From Candidatus Levybacteria bacterium RIFCSPLOWO2_01_FULL_38_21 (GTDB taxonomy: Bacteria > Patescibacteriota > Microgenomatia > Levybacterales > UBA12049), in assembly GCA_001782475.1 (NCBI GenBank), contig MFOT01000007.1, positions 1 to 50,274 on the forward strand: 50,274 nt of DNA, given 5' to 3'. The stretch's first letter is position 1. Every line of letters starts with the position of its first letter. Of this stretch, positions 27,896-35,297 are shown piece by piece. The translations under genes were made by a program, and so were the position numbers. The notes beneath the pieces were generated by a model. That model saw only the letters and a list, made by a program, of their open reading frames with translations, was not told the DNA's origin and searched no databases.

Positions 27896-27963
27896 ACAAA
27901 AGTGATGTCCTATAATATCAATAAAATTAACTTTAGTCAAGATGGGAATATTGAATACTTAGT

Positions 27964-28305
27964 ATGAAAAAAATCTTATTTATTGTTGCTATTGTAGCTT
28001 CAATTTTTATTATTAATAGCCTTGTTCGGTCTATCTACGATTTATGGAAAAAGCAAGATTTAATAACTCAAGCCCAAAAAGAACTAGAGAGAGAAAAACA
28101 GGAAAATTATGACCTAAAGTCTAAATTATCCAAGGCTCAAAATAATCAATTCGTAGAAGAGGAGGCTAGAAATAAATTATTGCTTGTAAAACCGGGCGAG
28201 GAATCGGTGATTATTCCTCAAGATTTACTTTCATCCCAAAGTTCGCAAAGAAAAAATATTGATACGCACCCAAACTTTAGAAAATGGTGGGATTTATTCT
28301 TCTGA
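27964..28305 (+). CDS. Septum formation initiator (FtsB/DivIC-like)
   Basis: N-terminal TM, coiled coil, FVEEEARNKLLLVKPGE; ends PNFRKWWDLFF. Confidence 0.82.
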   Translation: MKKILFIVAIVASIFIINSLVRSIYDLWKKQDLITQAQKELEREKQENYDLKSKLSKAQNNQFVEEEARNKLLLVKPGEESVIIPQDLLSSQSSQRKNIDTHPNFRKWWDLFF

Positions 28306-28347
28306 TTTAATGGTTAACTCAAAATGATTTATAATAAACGTAGATCA

Positions 28348-28508
28348 ATGAGACTTCCATATAGCGGAAACGCAGTTATTCCAAGAGAAAAGTTAACAAA
28401 ATATTTATTTTCAGAAACACATGCGACAGGAAAATTTAAAGCAAGGTTTTTCAGAAATCTCGGTTTTGACGAACCCAATGTCGATTTATTACCATATATC
28501 CTGTATAA
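28348..28508 (+). pseudogene. DUF6883-like putative toxin, internally deleted and frameshifted
   Basis: N-terminus MRLPYSGNAVIPREKLTKYL...H..GKFKARFF..LGF joined out of frame to C-terminal RFITIYPV*. Confidence 0.6.
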
Positions 28509-28531
28509 TAAGAAAGTTAGGAGATAATATT

Positions 28532-28762
28532 ATGTTTGAAGAATTAGACACTGTAGTTCTTGCCCACGATATTGAAAAAGATGGTCTTAGAAGAGGCGAT
28601 GTGGGGACTATAGTTCATATTTACAAAAATGGAAAAATATTAGAAGTTGAGTTTGTGAATGCAGAGGGGAAAACAGTAGCTTTACTTACTCTTGATTCAT
28701 CCGAAGTCCGTGGCATAAGGAAAAATGATATGCTGCATGTTAGAGGGTTTGCAACTGTTTAA
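28532..28762 (+). CDS. DUF4926 domain protein (putative antitoxin)
   Basis: MFEELDTVVL..D....GL.RGDVGTIVH.Y....LEVEF....G.TVA. Confidence 0.85.
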   Translation: MFEELDTVVLAHDIEKDGLRRGDVGTIVHIYKNGKILEVEFVNAEGKTVALLTLDSSEVRGIRKNDMLHVRGFATV

Positions 28763-28778
28763 TCTTCTTAAAGGATCT

Positions 28779-28823
28779 AATACTCGATCAAATTGACAGA
28801 AATGGTGGGATTTATTCTTCTAG
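28779..28823 (+). pseudogene. ftsB-like 3'-end remnant, copy 2
   Basis: NTRSN*QKWWDLFF*; 28800-28821 identical to 28282-28303. Confidence 0.9.
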
Positions 28824-28882
28824 CCTGCAATGAGCCTTCCAAAACCACAAGTATTTGTCCCTGAAATTGATATAATATTTCC

Positions 28883-29218
28883 ATGAGCTGGGACATTATT
28901 ACTTTTGAAACACAACGAGGAGAAAAACCCGTAGACGAGTTTATTAAAAGACAACAGCCTCAAGCCAGGTCAAAAATAGTCCACAACATCAGACTTCTGC
29001 GACAATACGGAAATATGCTCGGTATGCCTCATTCAAGAATGTTAGTTGGAGGATTATACGAATTGCGAATTAGAGGCAAGGAAGAATTACGAATCTTTTA
29101 TTGTTTCAAAAAGAGAACTATTTATTTACTCCATGTATTTAAGAAACAAACACAGAAGACACGAGTAAAAGAACTAAATCTGGCAATAAATAGAATGAAG
29201 GAATTGACAACAGCATAA
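28883..29218 (+). CDS. RelE/HigB-like toxin (Gp49-like)
   Basis: PVDEFI, LGMPHSR, LYELRIRG..ELRIFY, LLHVFKKQTQKT. Confidence 0.88.
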   Translation: MSWDIITFETQRGEKPVDEFIKRQQPQARSKIVHNIRLLRQYGNMLGMPHSRMLVGGLYELRIRGKEELRIFYCFKKRTIYLLHVFKKQTQKTRVKELNLAINRMKELTTA

Positions 29219-29242
29219 CGTTTATGTTATAAAATAGTTACT

Positions 29243-29515
29243 ATGAGTAAGTGGGAAGATTTAGAAAAAGAGTTGTTATCGGACCCTGAAACAAGAAAGG
29301 AGTTTAATAAGCTTGCACCTCGCTATGCGGTGATTTCAGAATTTATTAAAGCTCGTCTAAAAAAGGGGATGACTCAGAAAGACGTCGCTGATAAAATTGG
29401 CACCAAGCAATCTGCTGTTGCCAGACTTGAGGCAGGTAACAGCAACCCAACAATTGGCTTCTTGGAGAAAATTGCCTCTGTGCTTGGAACAAGGCTAACG
29501 ATTCATCTGCGGTAA
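29243..29515 (+). CDS. HigA-like XRE helix-turn-helix antitoxin
   Basis: RLKKGMTQKDVA.KIGTKQSAVARLEAG..NPT. Confidence 0.9.
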   Translation: MSKWEDLEKELLSDPETRKEFNKLAPRYAVISEFIKARLKKGMTQKDVADKIGTKQSAVARLEAGNSNPTIGFLEKIASVLGTRLTIHLR

Positions 29516-29516
29516 A

Positions 29517-29552
29517 AGTAACTGGAGAAAGTGGTGGGACATATCTTTCTAG
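29517..29552 (+). pseudogene. ftsB-like 3'-end remnant, copy 3
   Basis: SNWRKWWDISF*, codon-for-codon with PNFRKWWDLFF*. Confidence 0.8.
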
Positions 29553-29562
29553 AAGAATGAAA

Positions 29563-29823
29563 TTACATGTGATTTGTCTTTATTTCTCTTATTATTTTTC
29601 TTAATCCCATCCAACTCATCGCCAATGAGGATCTTAAATCACTTACGGGATGATGAGGATGATCAGCCGTTGCTCGGACGCCATCGTTAATGTCTTCTAA
29701 TTCACCATAATATTTACTATTTTGAGCAACAGGACCTGCCATATCAGTCTGTTGCCCCCAGCTTCCAGTTTGTGCAATTTCCAAATATTTATTTAAATAA
29801 AATCTTCTTTTTTCAGGATTCAT
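29563..29823 (-). CDS. Hypothetical protein, 86 aa (start moved to ATG 29823)
   Basis: MNPEKRRFYLNKY...; upstream extension of track ORF runs through repeat and tRNA debris. Confidence 0.5.
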   Translation of the reverse strand: MNPEKRRFYLNKYLEIAQTGSWGQQTDMAGPVAQNSKYYGELEDINDGVRATADHPHHPVSDLRSSLAMSWMGLRKIIREIKTNHM

Positions 29824-29837
29824 GCTATGGTTGTATC

Positions 29838-29910
29838 GGTACCAGGGGTGGGGATCCCCGCCTGCAACCTCCTGAAGCGACAGCTGATGGTGGGCAGGGA
29901 ACCCACGACC
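29838..29910 (-). pseudogene. tRNA 3'-half remnant interrupted in the T-loop by a long family B-like palindrome
   Basis: Minus strand ggtc-gtggg-ttc[cctgccc...gcaggcggg]gatc-cccac-ccctggtacc. Confidence 0.5.
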
Positions 29911-29938
29911 GCAAAGACTCTCTCCTATCAAAGCCTTG

Positions 29939-30010
29939 TGCCAACGGCAGGATTCGAACCTGCGACCCGACGCTTATGAAACGTCTGCTCTGCCCCTGAG
30001 CTACGTTGGC
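29939..30010 (-). tRNA. tRNA with CAU anticodon (probably elongator Met)
   Basis: GCCAACG/CGTTGGC-A; gacgt-ttCATaa-gcgtc; gcagg-ttcgaat-cctgc. Confidence 0.9.
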
Positions 30011-30068
30011 TCAGCTTATATTTTAACAGTTGGACAGATTGAGGTCAAATTGGTATAATAAACCTACA

Positions 30069-30137
30069 CGCGGGGTAGTGTACAGTGCACATGAGGCTCA
30101 TAATCTCATAGGCTAGGCGCAACTCCTAGCCCCGCAA
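30069..30137 (+). tRNA. Initiator-like tRNA-Met (CAU), atypical
   Basis: CGCGGGG/CCCCGCA-A with C1:A72 mismatch; tgagg-ctCATaa-tctca; ctagg-cgcaact-cctag; TATAAT at 30054. Confidence 0.75.
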
Positions 30138-30223
30138 CCGATTCGACGCGCCTTTCGCTTCTCTCAAGGCTTGCTCACGGCAAGCTCTTGCGCGGCGAAT
30201 TGGTGCTGAACCTGCCGAAGCAC
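30138..30223. repeat. Two family A elements (long-loop forward, short reverse) upstream of GIY-YIG gene
   Basis: ccgattcgac[25 nt]gctcacggcaag; gtgctgaacctgccgaagcac. Confidence 0.7.
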
Positions 30224-30270
30224 ACTTCAGGATGCCCAACGGACAACATTGTTTTTGGTGAAATGAGTTT

Positions 30271-30516
30271 ATGTGGTTTGTATATATTCTTCTCTGCGAA
30301 AATGGAAATCTTTATACAGGTAGTTCAAATAACCCTCAGAAGAGATTTATATATCATAGAGACGGAAAGGGTGGAAGATATACCCGTTCGCATAAACCAA
30401 TAAAACTACTTTACACCGAGCAACTTCAAACCAAAACAGATGCTTTGAAAAGGGAAAGTCAGATTAAAGGTTGGAGTAGGGAAAAGAAGATAAAAATTTT
30501 GAAACTAGAAATTTGA
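30271..30516 (+). CDS. Stand-alone GIY-YIG nuclease (UPF0213-like)
   Basis: FVYIL.C.NGNLYTG...R...H..GKGGRYT, ALKRE.QIKGWSR.KK. Confidence 0.92.
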   Translation: MWFVYILLCENGNLYTGSSNNPQKRFIYHRDGKGGRYTRSHKPIKLLYTEQLQTKTDALKRESQIKGWSREKKIKILKLEI

Positions 30517-30519
30517 AAC

Positions 30520-30559
30520 TTCCAATCCCTGCCCTTCGACAGGCTCAGGGCAAGCAACA
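30520..30559 (+). repeat. Canonical family A element inside a probable tRNA-fMet 3' remnant
   Basis: ttccaatccctgccc[ttcgacaggctcagggcaa]gcaaca. Confidence 0.7.
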
Positions 30560-30562
30560 CAG

Positions 30563-30597
30563 AACCTCGGATAAATTCCCTATTCATATCCGGGGTT
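30563..30597. terminator. Hairpin between convergent genes
   Basis: aacctcggata/tatccggggtt 11-bp stem with one G-U. Confidence 0.45.
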
Positions 30598-30627
30598 TAA
30601 GAATTTTCATAATCCGCTTATATAGTT

Positions 30628-32547
30628 TTAGCACCTACATAATTTGAGCATCTTTAATAATTCTTCCACCTTTAAAGTCGCTACTCCTACTACTTGATCA
30701 GCACCGCCATAATACATAAAAATTTCTTCTCCGATGACTACCGCACCGCAGGGAAATACCACATTAGGTATCTGCCCTAGTTTTTCATAGGGAGTTTCTG
30801 GTTCTAAAAGTGGTTCATCAGCGCGCGCTATAATTTTTGTCGGATCTTCAAGATCAAGGAGTACCGCCCCAACTCGATAAAATCTATCTTCTTGAGATAC
30901 TCCATGATAAAGCAAAATCCAGCCATCCTCGGTTTTAATCGGGGGAGCAGCGATGCCGACTTTTTCCGAGTCCCACATTCCTTTCCGCGGAGCAATCCAG
31001 CGATATTCTTCAAGCCAAGTTCCGTTAAAATTCAGATCCTCACAGAAAGCAAAATCAATATCATCGCCGCTTCGATGAATAATCATGTATTTCTCTTTTA
31101 TTTTTTCTTGTAAAATACACGCGTCTTTATCATCTAAATCAGGAGGCGAGATAAGTACTGGTTTTGCCCAATCCCACGCCTGTTGCAAAAAATTGTCAGC
31201 CAAAATCCATGTTAGCGCAACGCGCGGCGGGTTTTTGCCATCAGAAGCAGTATATAGCATATAAATTTTATCGCCGATCTTACTCAAGCGCGGATCTTCA
31301 CAACCAGAATTGCCTCCGTTTGCTAATTTTTGTTCAAACGGTTCCCGAGGCACATAGACCGGCTTTGGTGAACGGTAATCTATGCGAAAACCATCTCGAC
31401 TTTCGGCAAATCCCAAAACCGAAGTGTTGTCAGAAGACTGTGCTCGATAAAGAAGATGAACTTTTCTTTCAAGATATATTGCCGCCGGGTTAAAAGTTGC
31501 CTTTTTCTCCCAGTCATTTTCTTTTTTGGGAGTGATGATAGGATTTTCTTTAGCTCGCAAAAACTTTACAGCGCTTTTATCAGCCCCGAGAAGTTTTTTC
31601 AAGAAAGCTGAAAGGGAGATGAAAGCAAGCGCACATGTCGTGTCGGCCGCGCCATAGTAAAGGTAAATGCGGTTATCTTCTATCATGGCACCAGAAGGGA
31701 ATATTACATTTGGCACATGTCCAATTCTTTCGTAGTATTCTTCCGGCATTAAAATCGGCGCGTTTGTTCTGGCAATAATTTTGTGCGGGTTTTCCAAATC
31801 CAAAAGTACTGCCTCAATACCAAAAAGTCTTTGGGGAGAGAAATAATTTCGGATATAGGAATAGAAAAGCAACCAACCATAATTTGTTTTTATCGGTGGA
31901 GCCCCAACTTCGATATGATCTTGGCTCTGGCGCGTAAGGGGCAGGGCATGTTTTTCAAAATCCCTGTACCAATTATGCCAATAATCATCTGAGTAGATAT
32001 CACTTTCTTTATCAAAAGAGGCAAGACAAATTTTTACCGGAGGCCTGTCAGTATGCACGGTTAAAATCGCCCATATTTTGCCTGCTATCTTTTCTGGGAA
32101 AAGAGCCATTGCCTTGGCATTAAAAGGAGTGACAAGATGTTTTTCTTTGACAGAATTTAAGTCTTCACTAATCGCCACACCCACCTTGATACCTTCGGCG
32201 CGTGGAGGGTATTCGGAAAGAGCGGTGTAAAAAATGTAATATTTATCGTCGAGTTTTGTCACCCTCGGATCTTCGCAGCCGAATCGTTCCCAGGACTTCT
32301 CGGGAATAATGAAGCGCCTGCGGTTATTAAAGGTAATGCCGTCCTGGCTTTCGGCAATACCAATGTCGGAGACCATAAGTCTTGTTTTGGCACTGTTGTG
32401 GTAATGAGGCAGCGAAACCGCTCGATACAAAAGATAAACCCCTTTGTCTTTTTTGACAGGACAGCCATTAAAAACAGCGTCAGCCTCCCAAGACTGACTT
32501 TTATTTGGCGCAAGTATCGGATTCTTATCAAAGCGTTCTACAAGCAT
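30628..32547 (-). CDS. GH130-like glycosidase/phosphorylase, two tandem domains
   Basis: Twice NPI..P...WE...FN, GCEDPR, PPIKT..GW.L.Y, PNV.FP.GA, YYG.AD. Confidence 0.88.
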   Translation of the reverse strand: MLVERFDKNPILAPNKSQSWEADAVFNGCPVKKDKGVYLLYRAVSLPHYHNSAKTRLMVSDIGIAESQDGITFNNRRRFIIPEKSWERFGCEDPRVTKLDDKYYIFYTALSEYPPRAEGIKVGVAISEDLNSVKEKHLVTPFNAKAMALFPEKIAGKIWAILTVHTDRPPVKICLASFDKESDIYSDDYWHNWYRDFEKHALPLTRQSQDHIEVGAPPIKTNYGWLLFYSYIRNYFSPQRLFGIEAVLLDLENPHKIIARTNAPILMPEEYYERIGHVPNVIFPSGAMIEDNRIYLYYGAADTTCALAFISLSAFLKKLLGADKSAVKFLRAKENPIITPKKENDWEKKATFNPAAIYLERKVHLLYRAQSSDNTSVLGFAESRDGFRIDYRSPKPVYVPREPFEQKLANGGNSGCEDPRLSKIGDKIYMLYTASDGKNPPRVALTWILADNFLQQAWDWAKPVLISPPDLDDKDACILQEKIKEKYMIIHRSGDDIDFAFCEDLNFNGTWLEEYRWIAPRKGMWDSEKVGIAAPPIKTEDGWILLYHGVSQEDRFYRVGAVLLDLEDPTKIIARADEPLLEPETPYEKLGQIPNVVFPCGAVVIGEEIFMYYGGADQVVGVATLKVEELLKMLKLCRC

Positions 32548-32560
32548 ATTGCTATTTTTT

Positions 32561-33685
32561 CTATTTTAACAATCCCCTTCGCAATTTTGGCTTTTCTTCT
32601 TGTATTAAAACGCTTAAAAACTCGTCAAGCGGCGCATAACTAACGCTTACAAAGCTGTCGGCCGCGCCATAATATATCAACAAGAGACCTTCTTTAACGA
32701 CTACTCCTGTAATATAAACCACTCCGGCCTTGAAACCATTGTTTTCATAATCTTCGCTTGGTTCTAAGATTGGCGTTTTTAAACGGTAAAGTATTTTAGT
32801 TGGATCATTTAAATCAAGCAACATTGCCCCAGCTCTATACTTACTGAGATCCTGGGTGTTTATGGCATGGTAAAAAACAAGCCAGCCATACTGAGTTTTA
32901 ATCGGCGGCGCACCAACTCCTCTTCTTAAGCCATCCCAACAGCGCTTTCTGAGCGAAGGTTGGTAATTGCTTTTAATGTAGTAAGAATCATCAAATTCAA
33001 GGCTGTCTACATATTCTATTTTGATTTCAGGATTAATGCTGTGGAGAATAGCATACTTATTTCCAATTTTTTCCGGGAAAATAACCCAGTTTTTGTGGAC
33101 CTCCGAAGGAGGTGAGATAAATTTTGGCGCTTTGAAGCGCCATTTTCTATTCAAGAAATCGTCAACTTTTATTGAAGTCAATCCCACTCGAAGTTCGCTA
33201 TTACAAGCCGTATAAGTCATGTACAAAACATCTTCTTCATCAACTCGAGTAAGTCGCGGATCTTCTGCTCCTCCCCAGCTGCCGCCTGAGAAATAAGAAA
33301 AAACATTAAAGCCTCCTTCTTTAACTTGATGTTCATAGACAGGATAAGGCAGCCGCTCGTCAATGCGGAATCCGTCGTTTGAAACTGCATAGCCCAATCT
33401 GGAAATGCCATCCTGGCCGATTGCCCGATAAAGAAAATGAACTTTATTATTAAGAAGAATCACCCCGGGATTAAAAGTCTGCCAAGCCTCCCAGCCATTT
33501 TCCGGTTTTGGCGAAATAATCGGGTTCTCTTCGGATTTAATAAAAGACAGAACTCCAATCTTAGGTGTTGTTTTTCTCTTTTTTGGAACGCGTGTCCTCT
33601 TAAACCCTGTTATTTTTGAAATGTTTATCTTTTTTTTAATTCTTTCGACCAGAGTGACTAAGATATGATTATTTTTTAAATTCAT
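32561..33685 (-). CDS. GH130-like glycosidase/phosphorylase, single domain
   Basis: ENPIISP, TFNPG, AEDPR, HKNW, PPIKT, YYGAAD. Confidence 0.88.
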   Translation of the reverse strand: MNLKNNHILVTLVERIKKKINISKITGFKRTRVPKKRKTTPKIGVLSFIKSEENPIISPKPENGWEAWQTFNPGVILLNNKVHFLYRAIGQDGISRLGYAVSNDGFRIDERLPYPVYEHQVKEGGFNVFSYFSGGSWGGAEDPRLTRVDEEDVLYMTYTACNSELRVGLTSIKVDDFLNRKWRFKAPKFISPPSEVHKNWVIFPEKIGNKYAILHSINPEIKIEYVDSLEFDDSYYIKSNYQPSLRKRCWDGLRRGVGAPPIKTQYGWLVFYHAINTQDLSKYRAGAMLLDLNDPTKILYRLKTPILEPSEDYENNGFKAGVVYITGVVVKEGLLLIYYGAADSFVSVSYAPLDEFLSVLIQEEKPKLRRGLLK

Positions 33686-33905
33686 AAATCATTAGCGCTT
33701 GTATGAATTCCAAGCAATATCCCGGCGTAATATGCCGTATTATTTTTTGAGTACCACCTACCATAGTAGTACTATTTTTACAGAAAAATCAATTACCACT
33801 CAAAACTTCATAATAGGTCAATACTCCTATTCTTATTTTTCTACACTCAGCAAAGTAATTTGTGCTATAATTTTCCTCTCATGGGCTTCGATATATAATA
33901 GTTCT

Positions 33906-35285
33906 ATGATAGACAGGTTTAAAAATAAAAAGATTGCAGTAATCGGGCTTGGGGTTGAAGGATTGTCAAGCGCACTTTTTTTAGCAAAAAGGGGAGCGAT
34001 TGTTTCGGTTTTGGATCAAAAAAAAGAAAATAAATTAGACCCTAGCTTTCTTAAGATATTAAGAGAAAAAGATATTAGGATATTTGGGAGCGAGGATTAT
34101 CTCAAAAATCTTAAGGAGTACGATTTGGTTGTAAGAAGTCCGGGAGTTAAATTAGAGCTTCTGGGAAAATATGTATCAAAAGATAAAATTACCTCTCAAA
34201 TAAAAATTTTCTTCGATCTCTGCCCTTGCCCCATCATTGGGGTAACCGGAACAAAAGGGAAAGGAACAACTTCTTCTTTAATTTATGAAATGTTAAGAAA
34301 AGAAGGTTTTGATGCATATCTTGGGGGAAATATTGGTAGCCCCCCCCTAGATTTTTTGAATAAACTTAATGCTCAATCAAAAGTCGTCTTGGAACTTTCC
34401 AGTTTTCAGTTACAAGATCTTTCAAAGAGCCCCCATATTGCAGTCATTCTTATGATAACAAGTGAGCATCTTGATTATCATAAAGATACCAATGAATATG
34501 TTAAAGCAAAAAGAAATATTTTAAAATTTCAGACCTCATCAGATGCGGCAATTGTAAATAAGGATTATCCGGCAAACAATGAGTCGGATATTCATATAGA
34601 AGGTAAGGTTTTTCAGATAAGCCGGAGCGGAAAAGTAAAAGAAGGGTGTTTTGTGGATAATGAAAAAATTTTCGTAAGCATTCCAAAGGGAAGATTTAAT
34701 ACTTTAAAAGCAGAAATTATTAAAACAAAAGATATTCTTTTGCCCGGAGAGCATAACTTGGAGAATGTTTGCGCGGCAGCTATGGCAGCTCTTCTTTGTG
34801 GAGTTTCAAAAGAAAATATCGTAGCCGTTTTAAAGACATTTAAGGGACTTGAGCATAGGCTTAAGCTTGTTTCGGAAATAGATGGAGTAAAATTTTATGA
34901 TGACTCTTTTTCTACAATTCCGGAGACGACTATTGCGGCAATTAAGGCGTTTTCGGATCCTGAGATTTTAATTCTTGGAGGATCGAGTAAAAATAGTGAT
35001 TTTAGAGAATTAGGAGAAGTTATTTCATCATCCAATAACATAAAAGCGATTATTGGGATTGGTATTGAGTGGCCGAGAATAAAAGAAAGTATTAAGTATC
35101 ATGTATCAAGTATTAAGTATATCGAGGGATTAAAAACGATGAGTAAAATAGTTCAAAAAGCCCATCAACTGGCAAAATCGGGGGATGTTGTTTTGCTTTC
35201 TCCAGCCTGCGCTTCTTTTGACATGTTCAAAAACTACAAAGACCGCGGAAACCAGTTTAAGAGAGAAGTAAAAAGTTTAATTTGA
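33906..35285 (+). CDS. murD: UDP-N-acetylmuramoyl-L-alanine:D-glutamate ligase (start moved to ATG 33906)
   Basis: RSPG, GVTGTKGKGTT, GGNIG, ELSSFQL, EHLDYH, EHRL, LLSPACASFDMF..Y..RG. Confidence 0.96.
   Translation: MIDRFKNKKIAVIGLGVEGLSSALFLAKRGAIVSVLDQKKENKLDPSFLKILREKDIRIFGSEDYLKNLKEYDLVVRSPGVKLELLGKYVSKDKITSQIKIFFDLCPCPIIGVTGTKGKGTTSSLIYEMLRKEGFDAYLGGNIGSPPLDFLNKLNAQSKVVLELSSFQLQDLSKSPHIAVILMITSEHLDYHKDTNEYVKAKRNILKFQTSSDAAIVNKDYPANNESDIHIEGKVFQISRSGKVKEGCFVDNEKIFVSIPKGRFNTLKAEIIKTKDILLPGEHNLENVCAAAMAALLCGVSKENIVAVLKTFKGLEHRLKLVSEIDGVKFYDDSFSTIPETTIAAIKAFSDPEILILGGSSKNSDFRELGEVISSSNNIKAIIGIGIEWPRIKESIKYHVSSIKYIEGLKTMSKIVQKAHQLAKSGDVVLLSPACASFDMFKNYKDRGNQFKREVKSLI
35087..35121 (+). repeat. 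In-frame heptamer array (AAGTATY)x5 in murD
   Basis: aagtatt aagtatc atgtatc aagtatt aagtata, peptide SIKYHVSSIKY. Confidence 0.85.
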
Positions 35286-35297
35286 TACAATACACTT

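Noticed and set aside
28261-29552. Classical integron (attC sites)
   Set aside because: Repeats are direct copies of a coding 3' end, not RYYYAAC...GTTRRRY palindromes, and the recombinase is not recognisably IntI.
5745-29552. Terminus duplicates as assembly artefacts
   Set aside because: Copies differ at synonymous sites and carry stops or frameshifts, unlike exact misjoins; read validation is still advisable.
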